This document shows, piece by piece, positions 55,294-63,676 of a stretch of 64,000 nt of DNA. Numbering within the stretch: the stretch's first letter is position 1; the number at the start of each line of letters is the position of its first letter. Both the position numbers and the translations under genes were made by a program. Source of the DNA: Patescibacteria group bacterium (GTDB lineage Bacteria > Patescibacteriota > Patescibacteriia > XYB2-FULL-38-15); contig JBAZEY010000001.1 of NCBI GenBank assembly GCA_041653675.1, positions 98-64,097 on the forward strand. Direction: 5' to 3'. Under the pieces are notes generated by a model that searched no databases, was not told where the DNA came from, and saw only the letters and a program-made list of their open reading frames with translations.

Positions 55294-57258
55294 ATGCCAG
55301 AACGAATGCCACAATTTGAGTGCCCAAAATGTGGAGGGGGTCATGAACCCGGGATCTGTCCGCAAGAAATTACCGAGTCAAAAGAAGAAGGAGCTTTGGG
55401 GCCGAAAGAACAGGCGAAGCAAAGAAGAGTTCAAAAGAAACTAGAAGCCAGCTTGTCAGCGGATAAGATTTTCGAAGTACGAGACATCATTAGTTTGGCG
55501 GAAAGGAAAAACATTCCTTTGGATTTTTCTAAACCAGAAATTGCCGCTGCTCTCCAGAAAGGACTAGAAGTTTGTTTATTAGAGCACAATGGTGCCTTTT
55601 TCGATCAGATTGTTAGTATGGCAGAAAGAAAAAACATTCCTTTGGATTTTTCTAAACCAGAAATTGTCGCTGCTCTCCAGAAAGTAGTAGAAGGCGAATT
55701 GGTTAGGGGCGCAGTTTATATTGCCGTACTGAATATCGGCTTGGCGGAAAGAAAAAACATTCCTTTGGATTTTTCTAAACCAGCAATAGTTTCTGCCCTC
55801 CAAAAATTTTTGGATTCAAGCAACGATATCGGCAGACTTAAAGAAGTAGTAGACTTGGCGGAAAATAAAAACATTCCTTTGAAAGTTACGAAAGCGATAA
55901 AAAGACTGCTGCAAATAGGTCGCGCGGATGATACTGAAACAAAAAAATCTTTTGGTTTGCCGGAAATAGAGAAGAGAGACACCTTGGAGGTCCAAATTGA
56001 TTCAGGGATTGATAGAGAATTTTTAGAGGCTTATTTTGGCGGGGCAGATAAAGAAAAGATTGCGCAGCATGTTGAGGGGTTGATTCCTAAAGAAATTAAC
56101 AACTTGGTCAGACAAGTCTTTATTAAGAAAAAGAAGGCAGATGAAAGGGTTTGGTCGGACGGCAGAAGGATTAGCGCGTCAGGAAGTTATGATATACACC
56201 AGGGGACAATCTCGCTTTATGTGGAAAACGGTGGTCATCTTGAAACAGTGTTATGGCACGAGTTTGGCCATGCCGTAATGTTTGGGGAAGGAATTGAAAA
56301 AGAGGCGGGGGAATTACACAGAAAATTTTTTGATGCAGTAAGGCAACAATCAACAAATTTTTTATCAACTTATGCGATGGACACTTACCGGGAAGAGGGA
56401 GCTGCAATAGGCTTGCATGAGGATTTTGCTGAGACGTTTAATTTCTTTTTTACAGATCCGGAATTATTAAAAGAAAAAAATCCTGAGCGTTTTCAGGCGA
56501 TGAGCCAAATAATTAACGAATTGTTCCCCAGCCTTGACGTCGAGGGTGCCCGTATGGCAACAAAACAAAGGGAGCGGGAGCGTCAGGCGAGAGAAAAACA
56601 ATCACCAAAAATTTGTCGTACTTTTTTTGAAGAAGTTAGCAATAACGCAGCCCTCGCCGAAGGCGTTAAATTATTTCCAACTTTTGATTTTAGATTTTTA
56701 GATTTTTTGCAATCGCGAGGCAGTCCGAAATCAATTGTGCAGAGGCGGACAGAAGCGGGGATAGGGATAACTATAAGCGCTCATTACGGAGAGGATGGTG
56801 AATTGAGAGAAGAAATAATAGAAGAAGGAGGGCGTCGGACAGAAGTATTTTTTGAGCCAAAATATGACAAAAGAAGAAACACGCTTCGCTCTTATAAAAC
56901 AACAGATTCATGGACGGGCGAAGTGTTATTAGTGCAGTTATCATATAGGGATAATGAGTCTCTTCCATCCGAGATAGAGATAATTAAGCCGGAAACCGGC
57001 AAACGCGTTGGAGTTGTCACTTACCAACAATCAAAAGGGAAATTAATAGAGAGGTTTGTATTAGAGGGTGGCGGTGAGAGCAAAAGCGTTTACAAATTTG
57101 ATAAAAGTAAAAAAATCAGTTCTGTGCGCGGTATGATCAAGAATCAAGTTATTTTGGAACGCACTTACGAGTACGACCGAAAAGGTAGGCTTTCGTCTAA
57201 AAATTTATTAAATCATTTGGGGCGCTCTTTGAAGAAAATTAATTATAAATATGACTGA
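55294..57258 (+). CDS. Multidomain hypothetical protein: N-terminal zinc ribbon (CPKCGGGHEPGIC), four 41-aa tandem repeats, HExxH zinc-metallopeptidase-like motif (WHEFGHAV), C-terminal YD-repeat-like segment (YEYDRKGRL)
   Basis: Motifs read directly from the translation; there are no TM helices or signal peptide. Confidence 0.5.
   Translation: MPERMPQFECPKCGGGHEPGICPQEITESKEEGALGPKEQAKQRRVQKKLEASLSADKIFEVRDIISLAERKNIPLDFSKPEIAAALQKGLEVCLLEHNGAFFDQIVSMAERKNIPLDFSKPEIVAALQKVVEGELVRGAVYIAVLNIGLAERKNIPLDFSKPAIVSALQKFLDSSNDIGRLKEVVDLAENKNIPLKVTKAIKRLLQIGRADDTETKKSFGLPEIEKRDTLEVQIDSGIDREFLEAYFGGADKEKIAQHVEGLIPKEINNLVRQVFIKKKKADERVWSDGRRISASGSYDIHQGTISLYVENGGHLETVLWHEFGHAVMFGEGIEKEAGELHRKFFDAVRQQSTNFLSTYAMDTYREEGAAIGLHEDFAETFNFFFTDPELLKEKNPERFQAMSQIINELFPSLDVEGARMATKQRERERQAREKQSPKICRTFFEEVSNNAALAEGVKLFPTFDFRFLDFLQSRGSPKSIVQRRTEAGIGITISAHYGEDGELREEIIEEGGRRTEVFFEPKYDKRRNTLRSYKTTDSWTGEVLLVQLSYRDNESLPSEIEIIKPETGKRVGVVTYQQSKGKLIERFVLEGGGESKSVYKFDKSKKISSVRGMIKNQVILERTYEYDRKGRLSSKNLLNHLGRSLKKINYKYD
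55498..55930 (+). repeat. Four tandem 123-bp repeats (41 aa: AERKNIPLDFSKPEIAAALQK...)
   Basis: A core of about 60 nt, ggcggaaag(g)aaaaacattcctttggatttttctaaaccagaaattg.cgctgctctccagaaag, recurs at 55498, 55621 and 55744 with a degenerate fourth copy at 55858. Confidence 0.7.
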
Positions 57259-57517
57259 AAAATATCGTATCATTTATCAAAATCAGGATGTTGGATTTTT
57301 AACTATTGAAAATGCCGAGAAGATAGTAGCCGATGCCCCTGAAAGCGTGCGTGACATGGTTCTTGCCGTTTGGGATAAAATAATCAATATTGGCATTAGA
57401 CAAAGCGGGGATATAATTTATGAGTCGCCCAAGCCCGTGCCTGCGGTACATCGGTCTTCAATATTGTGGCTTGAGCTAAAGAAATATGGGATTAGGTTAA
57501 AGTCGGTAGAAAAATAA
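57251..57517 (+). CDS. Small hypothetical protein (88 aa)
   Basis: ORF overlapping the upstream stop by 8 nt; host-like composition. Confidence 0.3.
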   Translation: MTEKYRIIYQNQDVGFLTIENAEKIVADAPESVRDMVLAVWDKIINIGIRQSGDIIYESPKPVPAVHRSSILWLELKKYGIRLKSVEK

Positions 57518-57518
57518 A

Positions 57519-58835
57519 ATGAATCCAAAAGAAATAATCAAAAAATTTATTCCGGGATTTTTACTCCGGTGGTATCATAAAACTCTCGCGTTGGCGGCAA
57601 ATATTTTTTATGGTTTTCCGTCAAATAAATTAATAGTGATTGGCGTGACGGGAACAAATGGAAAATCAACGACCGTGCATCTGATTTCCAAAATGTTTGA
57701 AGGCGCGGGATACAAAGTCGGCGCGACTTCCACGGTTGGTTTTAAAATTGCGACTGAGGAATGTTTGAATAAGAAAAAGATGACTATGCTCGGCCGGTTT
57801 GCTTTGCAAAAATTATTGCGGAAAATGGTCGCGGCCGGTTGCCGGTACGCCGTGATTGAAACTTCGTCGCAGGGGGTGGAACAGTTTCGCCACTTGGGCG
57901 TAAATTATGACGTGGCGGTTTTTACCAATTTAACGCCGGAACACATTGAAGCGCACGGCGGCTTTGAAAATTACAAAAAAGCCAAAGGAAAGTTTTTCGC
58001 GCATCTTACGGCCAAGCCGCGTAAAGTGATCGACGGGAAAGCAGTGCCGAAAGTTAGCGTAGTAAATCTTGACGACGAGCACGCAAAATATTTCGCGGAA
58101 TTTCCGGCGGATGAAAAAATTGGTTACAGCATAAAAAATCAGGTGGATGTCCGGGCGGAAAATGTGGTGTTAAAAAATAGTGGCGCGGATTTTACGGTTC
58201 GCGGTATACCGTTTCATTTAAATTTGTTGGGGGAATTCAATGTTTATAATGCGCTAGCGGCCGTGGCGGTCGGGTTGTCGCAAGGATTGCCACTGGAAAA
58301 TATTTCAAAATCGTTGGAAAAAATTGGCGGAGTTCCGGGCAGAATGGAATTTATTAATGAAGGACAAAATTTTAAAGTTTTAGTTGATTATGCGCCAGAG
58401 CCGGCATCAATGAAAAAACTTTATGAAACAGTTCGCGGCTCAGGGTTTATAACTTCCGGCGGAAAAATTATTCATGTGTTAGGTTCAGCCGGTGGCGGGC
58501 GCGATAAATCTCGTCGGCCGATTTTGGGAAGAATCGCCGGTGAGAATGCCGATTATGTTATAATTACGAACGAAGATCCTTATGATGAAAATCCGGAAGA
58601 AATTATAAATCAGGTGGCAGCTGGGGCGGCGGGAAAAGAAGAAAATGTAAATTTATTCAAAATTTTAGATCGTGGCGAGGCAATCGCCAAAGCCTTGAAT
58701 CTCGCTCGCGAAAATGATTTAGTGATCATCACCGGCAAGGGATCAGAGCAGGCGATTTGCGTAGCCAACAATAAAAAAATTCCCTGGGATGACCGGGAAA
58801 AGATTAGGGAAATTTTGAAAAATAGGGGGCATTAA
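57519..58835 (+). CDS. Mur ligase family enzyme, most consistent with UDP-MurNAc-tripeptide synthetase (MurE-like)
   Basis: P-loop VIGVTGTNGKSTT, central domain TNLTPEHIEAHGGFENYKKAKGKFF, C-terminal Mur ligase domain. The MurE versus MurC/MurF assignment is tentative. Confidence 0.6.
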   Translation: MNPKEIIKKFIPGFLLRWYHKTLALAANIFYGFPSNKLIVIGVTGTNGKSTTVHLISKMFEGAGYKVGATSTVGFKIATEECLNKKKMTMLGRFALQKLLRKMVAAGCRYAVIETSSQGVEQFRHLGVNYDVAVFTNLTPEHIEAHGGFENYKKAKGKFFAHLTAKPRKVIDGKAVPKVSVVNLDDEHAKYFAEFPADEKIGYSIKNQVDVRAENVVLKNSGADFTVRGIPFHLNLLGEFNVYNALAAVAVGLSQGLPLENISKSLEKIGGVPGRMEFINEGQNFKVLVDYAPEPASMKKLYETVRGSGFITSGGKIIHVLGSAGGGRDKSRRPILGRIAGENADYVIITNEDPYDENPEEIINQVAAGAAGKEENVNLFKILDRGEAIAKALNLARENDLVIITGKGSEQAICVANNKKIPWDDREKIREILKNRGH

Positions 58836-58841
58836 GCCCCA

Positions 58842-58908
58842 TGTTGACTGCGCTCGCTCGGAAGTGAAAATAAAATTTTCATTTCTCTCGCTCGCTTGTC
58901 AATAAATT
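58842..58908. repeat. ~65-bp hairpin repeat, copy R3
   Basis: tgttgactgcgctcgctcggaagtgaaaataaaattttcatttctctcgctcgcttgtcaataaatttt; follows a small GC hairpin (ggggcattaagcccc) at the murE stop. Confidence 0.65.
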
Positions 58909-58916
58909 TTAATTTT

Positions 58917-59273
58917 ATGGCAGAAAATATACGAAGAGAAGGAGAAAGAAAAAGAACGCCGGAAGAGATAGCCGAGGGAACTTTAATGGCTGGATTTGCC
59001 AGCGATCCTTTAACGCCCGAAGAAATAGAGCGGGTCTTCCGCAACCTTAAAAATGAAGGAGTTAATCCAGATGTTGGTCAAGTTGTCCGTAAGGTGTTGA
59101 AACGTATGGTCGCCGTCCATTCTGCCGATCGAGAAGCTGTAAGTTTAATCGCTTTCTGCAAATTGCATAATATCCCATATGAGGACGATTATAGTGCGGA
59201 AGAACTCGAGAGAATGGGAAGATTTTATAATTATGGAGTAGAAGCATGGATGGATCTATTATCGGGAAAATAA
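58917..59273 (+). CDS. Hypothetical protein (118 aa)
   Basis: ATG 58917 is preferred; the track start 58896 is a TTG inside repeat R3. Confidence 0.35.
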   Translation: MAENIRREGERKRTPEEIAEGTLMAGFASDPLTPEEIERVFRNLKNEGVNPDVGQVVRKVLKRMVAVHSADREAVSLIAFCKLHNIPYEDDYSAEELERMGRFYNYGVEAWMDLLSGK

Positions 59274-59974
59274 ATCTCAAAGCCGGTGAAGAAGTGATCG
59301 CGGTTATTCGCCACTTCGGCTTGACGCTTTGGCCGAAAATTTTGGCCGTGCTTTTGCTTTTAGTTTTGCCCTTCTTTTTTATTTTTCCTCTTTTCAAATG
59401 GGGATATTGGGGGGTGGTACTTTTTCTTTTTCCAATTTTACTCGGCGTAATTTTTGCCCTCAAAACTTTTGTTGTTTGGTATTACAACGCTTTTATTATT
59501 ACAAACCGGCGGGTTATTGATCTTGACCAAAGAGGATTTTTTGAACGGATTGTTTCCGAAGCGGCCATTGAAACAGTTCAGGATGTTTCCCATCGTCGTA
59601 AGGGAATTTGGCAGACGATCTTCCGTTACGGTGACGTTAGAATTCAAATTGCTGATACGGATACGGGTCTTGAAATAAAAAATGTCCGCGCGCCGGAAGA
59701 GACGCAGCAACTTATTTCCGATCTGCTCCATCCCGCGCGGCGAAAACCAGATGGGACGCCGGATTTGTCGATTGCTCCGCCAAACGATGAGGAATTTAAA
59801 ATCATTAAAGAAAATGTCGCCGATTTAAACGAAAGGCAGTTAGAAGAGCTTGACAGCTTGGTTAGAGATAAAATTCGGCAGATTAAATTGAAAAGACTTG
59901 AAGAAATAAAGAATATTGGCCAGGATAGAGAACATTCGACCCAATCCCCGAAATCTGGTATAATTAGGGAGTAA
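59246..59974 (+). CDS. Membrane protein with bacterial PH-like (bPH_2/DUF304-type) domain
   Basis: Two N-terminal TM helices followed by the TNRRVIDLDQRGFFERIVSEAAIETVQDV...GDVRIQ pattern. Confidence 0.45.
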   Translation: MDGSIIGKINLKAGEEVIAVIRHFGLTLWPKILAVLLLLVLPFFFIFPLFKWGYWGVVLFLFPILLGVIFALKTFVVWYYNAFIITNRRVIDLDQRGFFERIVSEAAIETVQDVSHRRKGIWQTIFRYGDVRIQIADTDTGLEIKNVRAPEETQQLISDLLHPARRKPDGTPDLSIAPPNDEEFKIIKENVADLNERQLEELDSLVRDKIRQIKLKRLEEIKNIGQDREHSTQSPKSGIIRE

Positions 59975-59987
59975 ATTCTTTTGAAGT

Positions 59988-60383
59988 ATGAAAAAAGAAT
60001 TAAACGCCAGGCGAGTTCTTTCTTCAAAACTTTTTTTATTTTTGGGTATTATTGTTTTAGGATTTTTGATTTTTTCTTTTGGAAAGAAATTTTTAGAGAG
60101 TGGGGAAATTGATGAGGAAATTAAAACAACGGGGGAGGAAATAGCGAGATTAGAGGAAAAAGATGAAGAGCTTCAGGATTTTTTGGATTTTCTAAATACG
60201 GATGCTTTTTTGGAACAAGAGGCTCGGCTGAAATTTAATTTACAAAAACCCGGCGAGTCGGTTGTTATTATTCCGGGAGCAGGCGGAGAGCGAGAGCTTG
60301 GTGAGAACGCGGCGGGGATGGAAGGAGAAAATAAGATTCTAAGTAATCCGAAAAAGTGGTGGAATTATTTTTTTAAAATTTAA
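59988..60383 (+). CDS. FtsB/DivIC-like septum formation initiator (N-terminal TM + coiled coil)
   Basis: TM helix LFLFLGIIVLGFLIFSF then EEIARLEEKDEELQDFLDFLNTDAFLEQEARLKFNLQKPGE, typical of the Septum_form family. Confidence 0.55.
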   Translation: MKKELNARRVLSSKLFLFLGIIVLGFLIFSFGKKFLESGEIDEEIKTTGEEIARLEEKDEELQDFLDFLNTDAFLEQEARLKFNLQKPGESVVIIPGAGGERELGENAAGMEGENKILSNPKKWWNYFFKI

Positions 60384-60410
60384 ATATTAATTCTTCTAGG
60401 TAAAATTTAT

Positions 60411-61418
60411 ATGGAATCATCTTTCAATGAGAAACAGGAAAAAGAAACAGACATTTTAGAAACCAATCCCAGCGCGTCTGGCGCGGGAGAGAAGGCCTCC
60501 GTAAGAGGCGGAGCGCTCCGAAGATTTTTTTTAGGACTTGGTTTGGGCGTGTTGATTGTTTTAGTTTTAGCCGCGGTAATTTTTGGCGTTGGAATTTATC
60601 GTTTCGGATGGAGCGGGGAAATTGTCTCAAAAATTACAAAAGTAGCGCCATATCCGGCGGCGATTGTAAATTGGAACATGGTCAGGTATTCCGACTACGT
60701 TGACGATGTGGAAACATTGAAAACTTTTTTCGCGAGCCAAGGAGAGGAGCTCGGCGCGGCCGCTCCGGACGAGAAGGAAATGAAGACACAAGTTTTAGAT
60801 AGGCTTATTAATAATGAACTTTCGTACCAACTGGCGAAAAAATACGGTATAAAAATTTCAGATGAAGATTTAGACGGGGAAGTTAAAAAAATCGTGGATC
60901 AAAGTGAATCGCAAGAAAGTGTTGAGCAAGCCCTGAAGGAGCAGTATGGGTGGGGGATTGAAGAATTTAAAGAAAAAGTTTTAAAGCCATTTCTTGTGCA
61001 ACAAAAATTGCAGGAAGCTATTTCCAAGGACGAAGCGCTAAACCAGGAAGCAAAGAAAAAGGCAGAGGATGTTTTGGCTCAAATTCAAAAAGGAGAAAAG
61101 AGTTTTGAAGATTTAGCTAAAGAATACAGCGAAGATACGTCGGCGGAAGACGGCGGAGATTTGAGTTATTTTGGAAAGGGGACCATGGTCCCGGAATTTG
61201 AAACAGCAGCATTCTCTTTGGGGGTTGGCGAAACAAGCGGCCTGGTTTTAACAGAGTATGGGTACCACATTATCAAAGTTACAGAACAGATAAAAGACGA
61301 TAATGGGGAAGTGACCGAAGTGCGCGCTAGTCATATTTTAATTAAGACGAAGAGTTTAGATGATTTTTTGAAAGAAGAGACGGCAAAGGCAAAGATTTGG
61401 CGATGCGTTAAATTTTAG
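60411..61418 (+). CDS. Parvulin-type peptidyl-prolyl cis-trans isomerase (PrsA/SurA-like) with N-terminal TM anchor
   Basis: Rotamase domain DGGDLSYFGKGTMVPEFETAAFSLGVGETSGLVLTEYGYHIIKV. Confidence 0.75.
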   Translation: MESSFNEKQEKETDILETNPSASGAGEKASVRGGALRRFFLGLGLGVLIVLVLAAVIFGVGIYRFGWSGEIVSKITKVAPYPAAIVNWNMVRYSDYVDDVETLKTFFASQGEELGAAAPDEKEMKTQVLDRLINNELSYQLAKKYGIKISDEDLDGEVKKIVDQSESQESVEQALKEQYGWGIEEFKEKVLKPFLVQQKLQEAISKDEALNQEAKKKAEDVLAQIQKGEKSFEDLAKEYSEDTSAEDGGDLSYFGKGTMVPEFETAAFSLGVGETSGLVLTEYGYHIIKVTEQIKDDNGEVTEVRASHILIKTKSLDDFLKEETAKAKIWRCVKF

Positions 61419-61459
61419 AAAAAGAAAAACGGCCTTTCTGAAAAAGTCCGTTTTTCCTA

Positions 61460-61532
61460 AGCCGACGGTGGGATTTGCACCCACGACCTCTGCTTTACGA
61501 AAGCATTGCTCTGCTGGCTGAGCTACGTCGGC
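61460..61532 (-). tRNA. tRNA-Thr (anticodon CGU)
   Basis: Minus-strand GCCGACGUAGCUCAGCCAGCAGAGCAAUGCUUUCGUAAAGCAGAGGUCGUGGGUGCAAAUCCCACCGUCGGCU forms a cloverleaf; anticodon loop UUCGUAA. Confidence 0.85.
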
Positions 61533-61573
61533 AAAGCGGGATATTTTGCCTCAACTTGCCCCCACACCAAATC

Positions 61574-61644
61574 AGCGAGAAAGGGGAATCGAACCCCCGT
61601 CTCGTGCTTGGGAAGCACGCATTCTACCATTGAACTACTCTCGC
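61574..61644 (-). tRNA. tRNA-Gly (anticodon CCC)
   Basis: Minus-strand GCGAGAGUAGUUCAAUGGUAGAACGCGUGCUUCCCAAGCACGAGACGGGGGUUCGAUUCCCCUUUCUCGCU; anticodon loop UUCCCAA; flanked by a perfect 15-bp inverted repeat. Confidence 0.85.
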
Positions 61645-61803
61645 GAATTTGGTGTGGGGGCCCAGGAAGGTCGCATACTGCCACTATACTAATCCCGCGC
61701 TTTTTTGTAAATATTAATCTAATTCTAGGATATTTTGGAAGAAAAATCAAGTCTGGGGTTTTAAGGTTGGCATTTTAAAAAGAATCACGTATAATGATTT
61801 AAT

Positions 61804-62484
61804 ATGATTGAGTTTCGAGGCATAGAAAAAATTTATCCTCCAAACATCACTGCTCTTCAGGGTGTTAATTTAAAAATTAACGCTGGAGAGTTTGTTTCTA
61901 TTGTTGGCCAGTCGGGAACAGGCAAGACAACGCTTATAAAACTTTTGACCGCGGAAGAACGACCGACGCGCGGGAAAATAACTATTTCCGATTGGGATAT
62001 TACAAAAATTAGGCGCTCAGAAATTCCAACGCTCCGTCGGCAGATTGGAGTTATTTTTCAGGATTTCAAACTTTTACCCAAGAAAACTATTTTTGAAAAT
62101 GTTGCTTTTGCCCTTGAAGTTTGCGGCACTTCGTCGGGGAAAATAAAGACAATTGTGCCGCAGGTTTTGAGGATCGTCGGTTTAGGAGAGAAAGCCGAGC
62201 GCTATCCGCGCCAAGTCTCAGGCGGCGAGCAGCAGAGAGTAGCTATTGCCCGCGCCCTGATTCATCGGCCAAAAATTTTGGTGGCTGACGAGCCGACGGG
62301 AAATCTTGATTCCATTAATACCAGGGAGATCGCCGACCTGCTTTTAAAAATTAATGAGTTTGGCACAACAGTTATTTTGGTTTCACATAATCGGGAATTA
62401 ATTAATTCTCTGCGCCGGCGAGTCGTGACGCTCGAGCAGGGGACGGTGATTAGTGATCAAGAAGTAGGAAAATACGTATTATAA
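61804..62484 (+). CDS. ftsE: Cell-division ABC transporter ATP-binding protein
   Basis: Walker A GQSGTGKTTL, signature LSGGEQQRVAIARAL, Walker B ILVADEPTGNLD. Confidence 0.85.
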   Translation: MIEFRGIEKIYPPNITALQGVNLKINAGEFVSIVGQSGTGKTTLIKLLTAEERPTRGKITISDWDITKIRRSEIPTLRRQIGVIFQDFKLLPKKTIFENVAFALEVCGTSSGKIKTIVPQVLRIVGLGEKAERYPRQVSGGEQQRVAIARALIHRPKILVADEPTGNLDSINTREIADLLLKINEFGTTVILVSHNRELINSLRRRVVTLEQGTVISDQEVGKYVL

Positions 62485-62488
62485 ATTT

Positions 62489-63403
62489 ATGTTTTCTGCT
62501 CTACTTAGAATTTTAAAATTTTCTTCACAAGATTTCTGGAGAAATTTCTGGCTTTCCACGGCCACGATAGTGGTTTTAGTTTTGACCCTAGTTTCAATAA
62601 ATTTTTTGATTACTTTAAATTTTCTAACCAAAACGGCGGTTGCCGAAGTGGAAAATAAAATTGACGTTAGTGTTTATTTTAAAAAAGGAGTCGCGGAAAG
62701 TGAGATTGGAAACATAAAATCATACCTTTTGAGTCTGTCTACGGTGAAGGCCGTGGCATATGTTTCGCCGGAAGAAGCGCTCCGAGAATTTGAGAAAAAA
62801 CACGCGACAGACGCAGTAATTAAAGAATCGCTTGAAGAAGTTGGAGAAAATCCCCTGGGGGCGACTTTAGTCATTAAAGCGCATGACGCGGCGGATTACC
62901 CGGAAATTTTAAAAGTTTTTGACGACGCGCAATACGCCAATATTATTCAGGAGAAGAATTTTGAGGATCATGAGGTGGTTATTAAAAAAATTGATTCAAT
63001 TTCGGAAAAAGCGACAACAACGGGTTTTGGCATTGCCGGACTTTTTGCTGTCGTCGCGGTTTTGATTGGGTTTAACACGGTCAGAATGACGATTTACACC
63101 CATCGCGAAGAAATTGGAGTTATGAAATTAGTCGGCGCGGCAAATTGGTTTGTCCGGGCGCCTTACGTCGCGAGTGGAATTCTTTACGGAATTTTTGCTA
63201 TTCTTTTCACGGTTTTAATTACTTTCCCCGCGATCGGTTTTGCCGAGCCGTATCTTGCCGGATTTTTCGGTGGTTCGGAATTTAACTTGCTTGGGTATTT
63301 TTCAAATAATTTTTTACAAATTTTTGGATGGCAGTTTGTCGGGGTGGTTCTTCTAAACATGGTAACCAGCACCTTGGCCGTCGGCCGGTACTTGAAAGTT
63401 TAA
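62489..63403 (+). CDS. ftsX: Cell-division ABC transporter permease-like protein
   Basis: N-terminal TM, periplasmic domain, three C-terminal TM helices; immediately downstream of ftsE. Confidence 0.8.
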   Translation: MFSALLRILKFSSQDFWRNFWLSTATIVVLVLTLVSINFLITLNFLTKTAVAEVENKIDVSVYFKKGVAESEIGNIKSYLLSLSTVKAVAYVSPEEALREFEKKHATDAVIKESLEEVGENPLGATLVIKAHDAADYPEILKVFDDAQYANIIQEKNFEDHEVVIKKIDSISEKATTTGFGIAGLFAVVAVLIGFNTVRMTIYTHREEIGVMKLVGAANWFVRAPYVASGILYGIFAILFTVLITFPAIGFAEPYLAGFFGGSEFNLLGYFSNNFLQIFGWQFVGVVLLNMVTSTLAVGRYLKV

Positions 63404-63456
63404 AAGAAAAAAGATAAAATACAGACAAGTCAAAAAGTCTGTATTTTTTATTTCAT

Positions 63457-63530
63457 TCCGGGATCGTCTAATGGCAGGACAGCAGCCTTTGAAGCTGTTT
63501 ATCTTGGTTCGAATCCAAGTCCCGGAGCCA
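63457..63530 (+). tRNA. tRNA-Gln (anticodon UUG) with encoded CCA
   Basis: UCCGGGAUCGUCUAAUGGCAGGACAGCAGCCUUUGAAGCUGUUUAUCUUGGUUCGAAUCCAAGUCCCGGAGCCA; all four stems pair; anticodon loop CUUUGAA. Confidence 0.85.
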
Positions 63531-63566
63531 GAGAAAAGTACAGAATTAATTCTGTACTTTTCTCTG
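63531..63566. terminator. Perfect 16-bp palindromic hairpin (agagaaaagtacagaatt/aattctgtacttttctct) immediately 3' of tRNA-Gln
   Basis: Perfect self-complementarity; T-rich 3' arm. Confidence 0.5.
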
Positions 63567-63630
63567 TTCGTGGGCGAAGATTTGGCCGAACCCCATTCCG
63601 TCCGTTGCGGCCGCTCCGGCACCGAGGCGC

Positions 63631-63653
63631 CTTCGAATCCAAGTCCCGGAGCC
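63631..63653 (+). repeat. Direct repeat of the tRNA-Gln 3' end (cttcgaatccaagtcccggagcc)
   Basis: Copy of the 23 nt of T-arm/acceptor 3' strand, 100 bp downstream of the tRNA; preceded by gctccgg, which pairs with ccggagc to form a tRNA-top-half-like minihelix. Confidence 0.6.
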
Positions 63654-63676
63654 TAATATAAAAATAATAAGAAGAA

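Noticed and set aside
61506-61778. 90-aa and 75-aa ORFs overlapping the tRNA-Thr/tRNA-Gly region
   Set aside because: They are fully explained by the two tRNA genes and the 15-bp inverted repeat. There is no coding signal.
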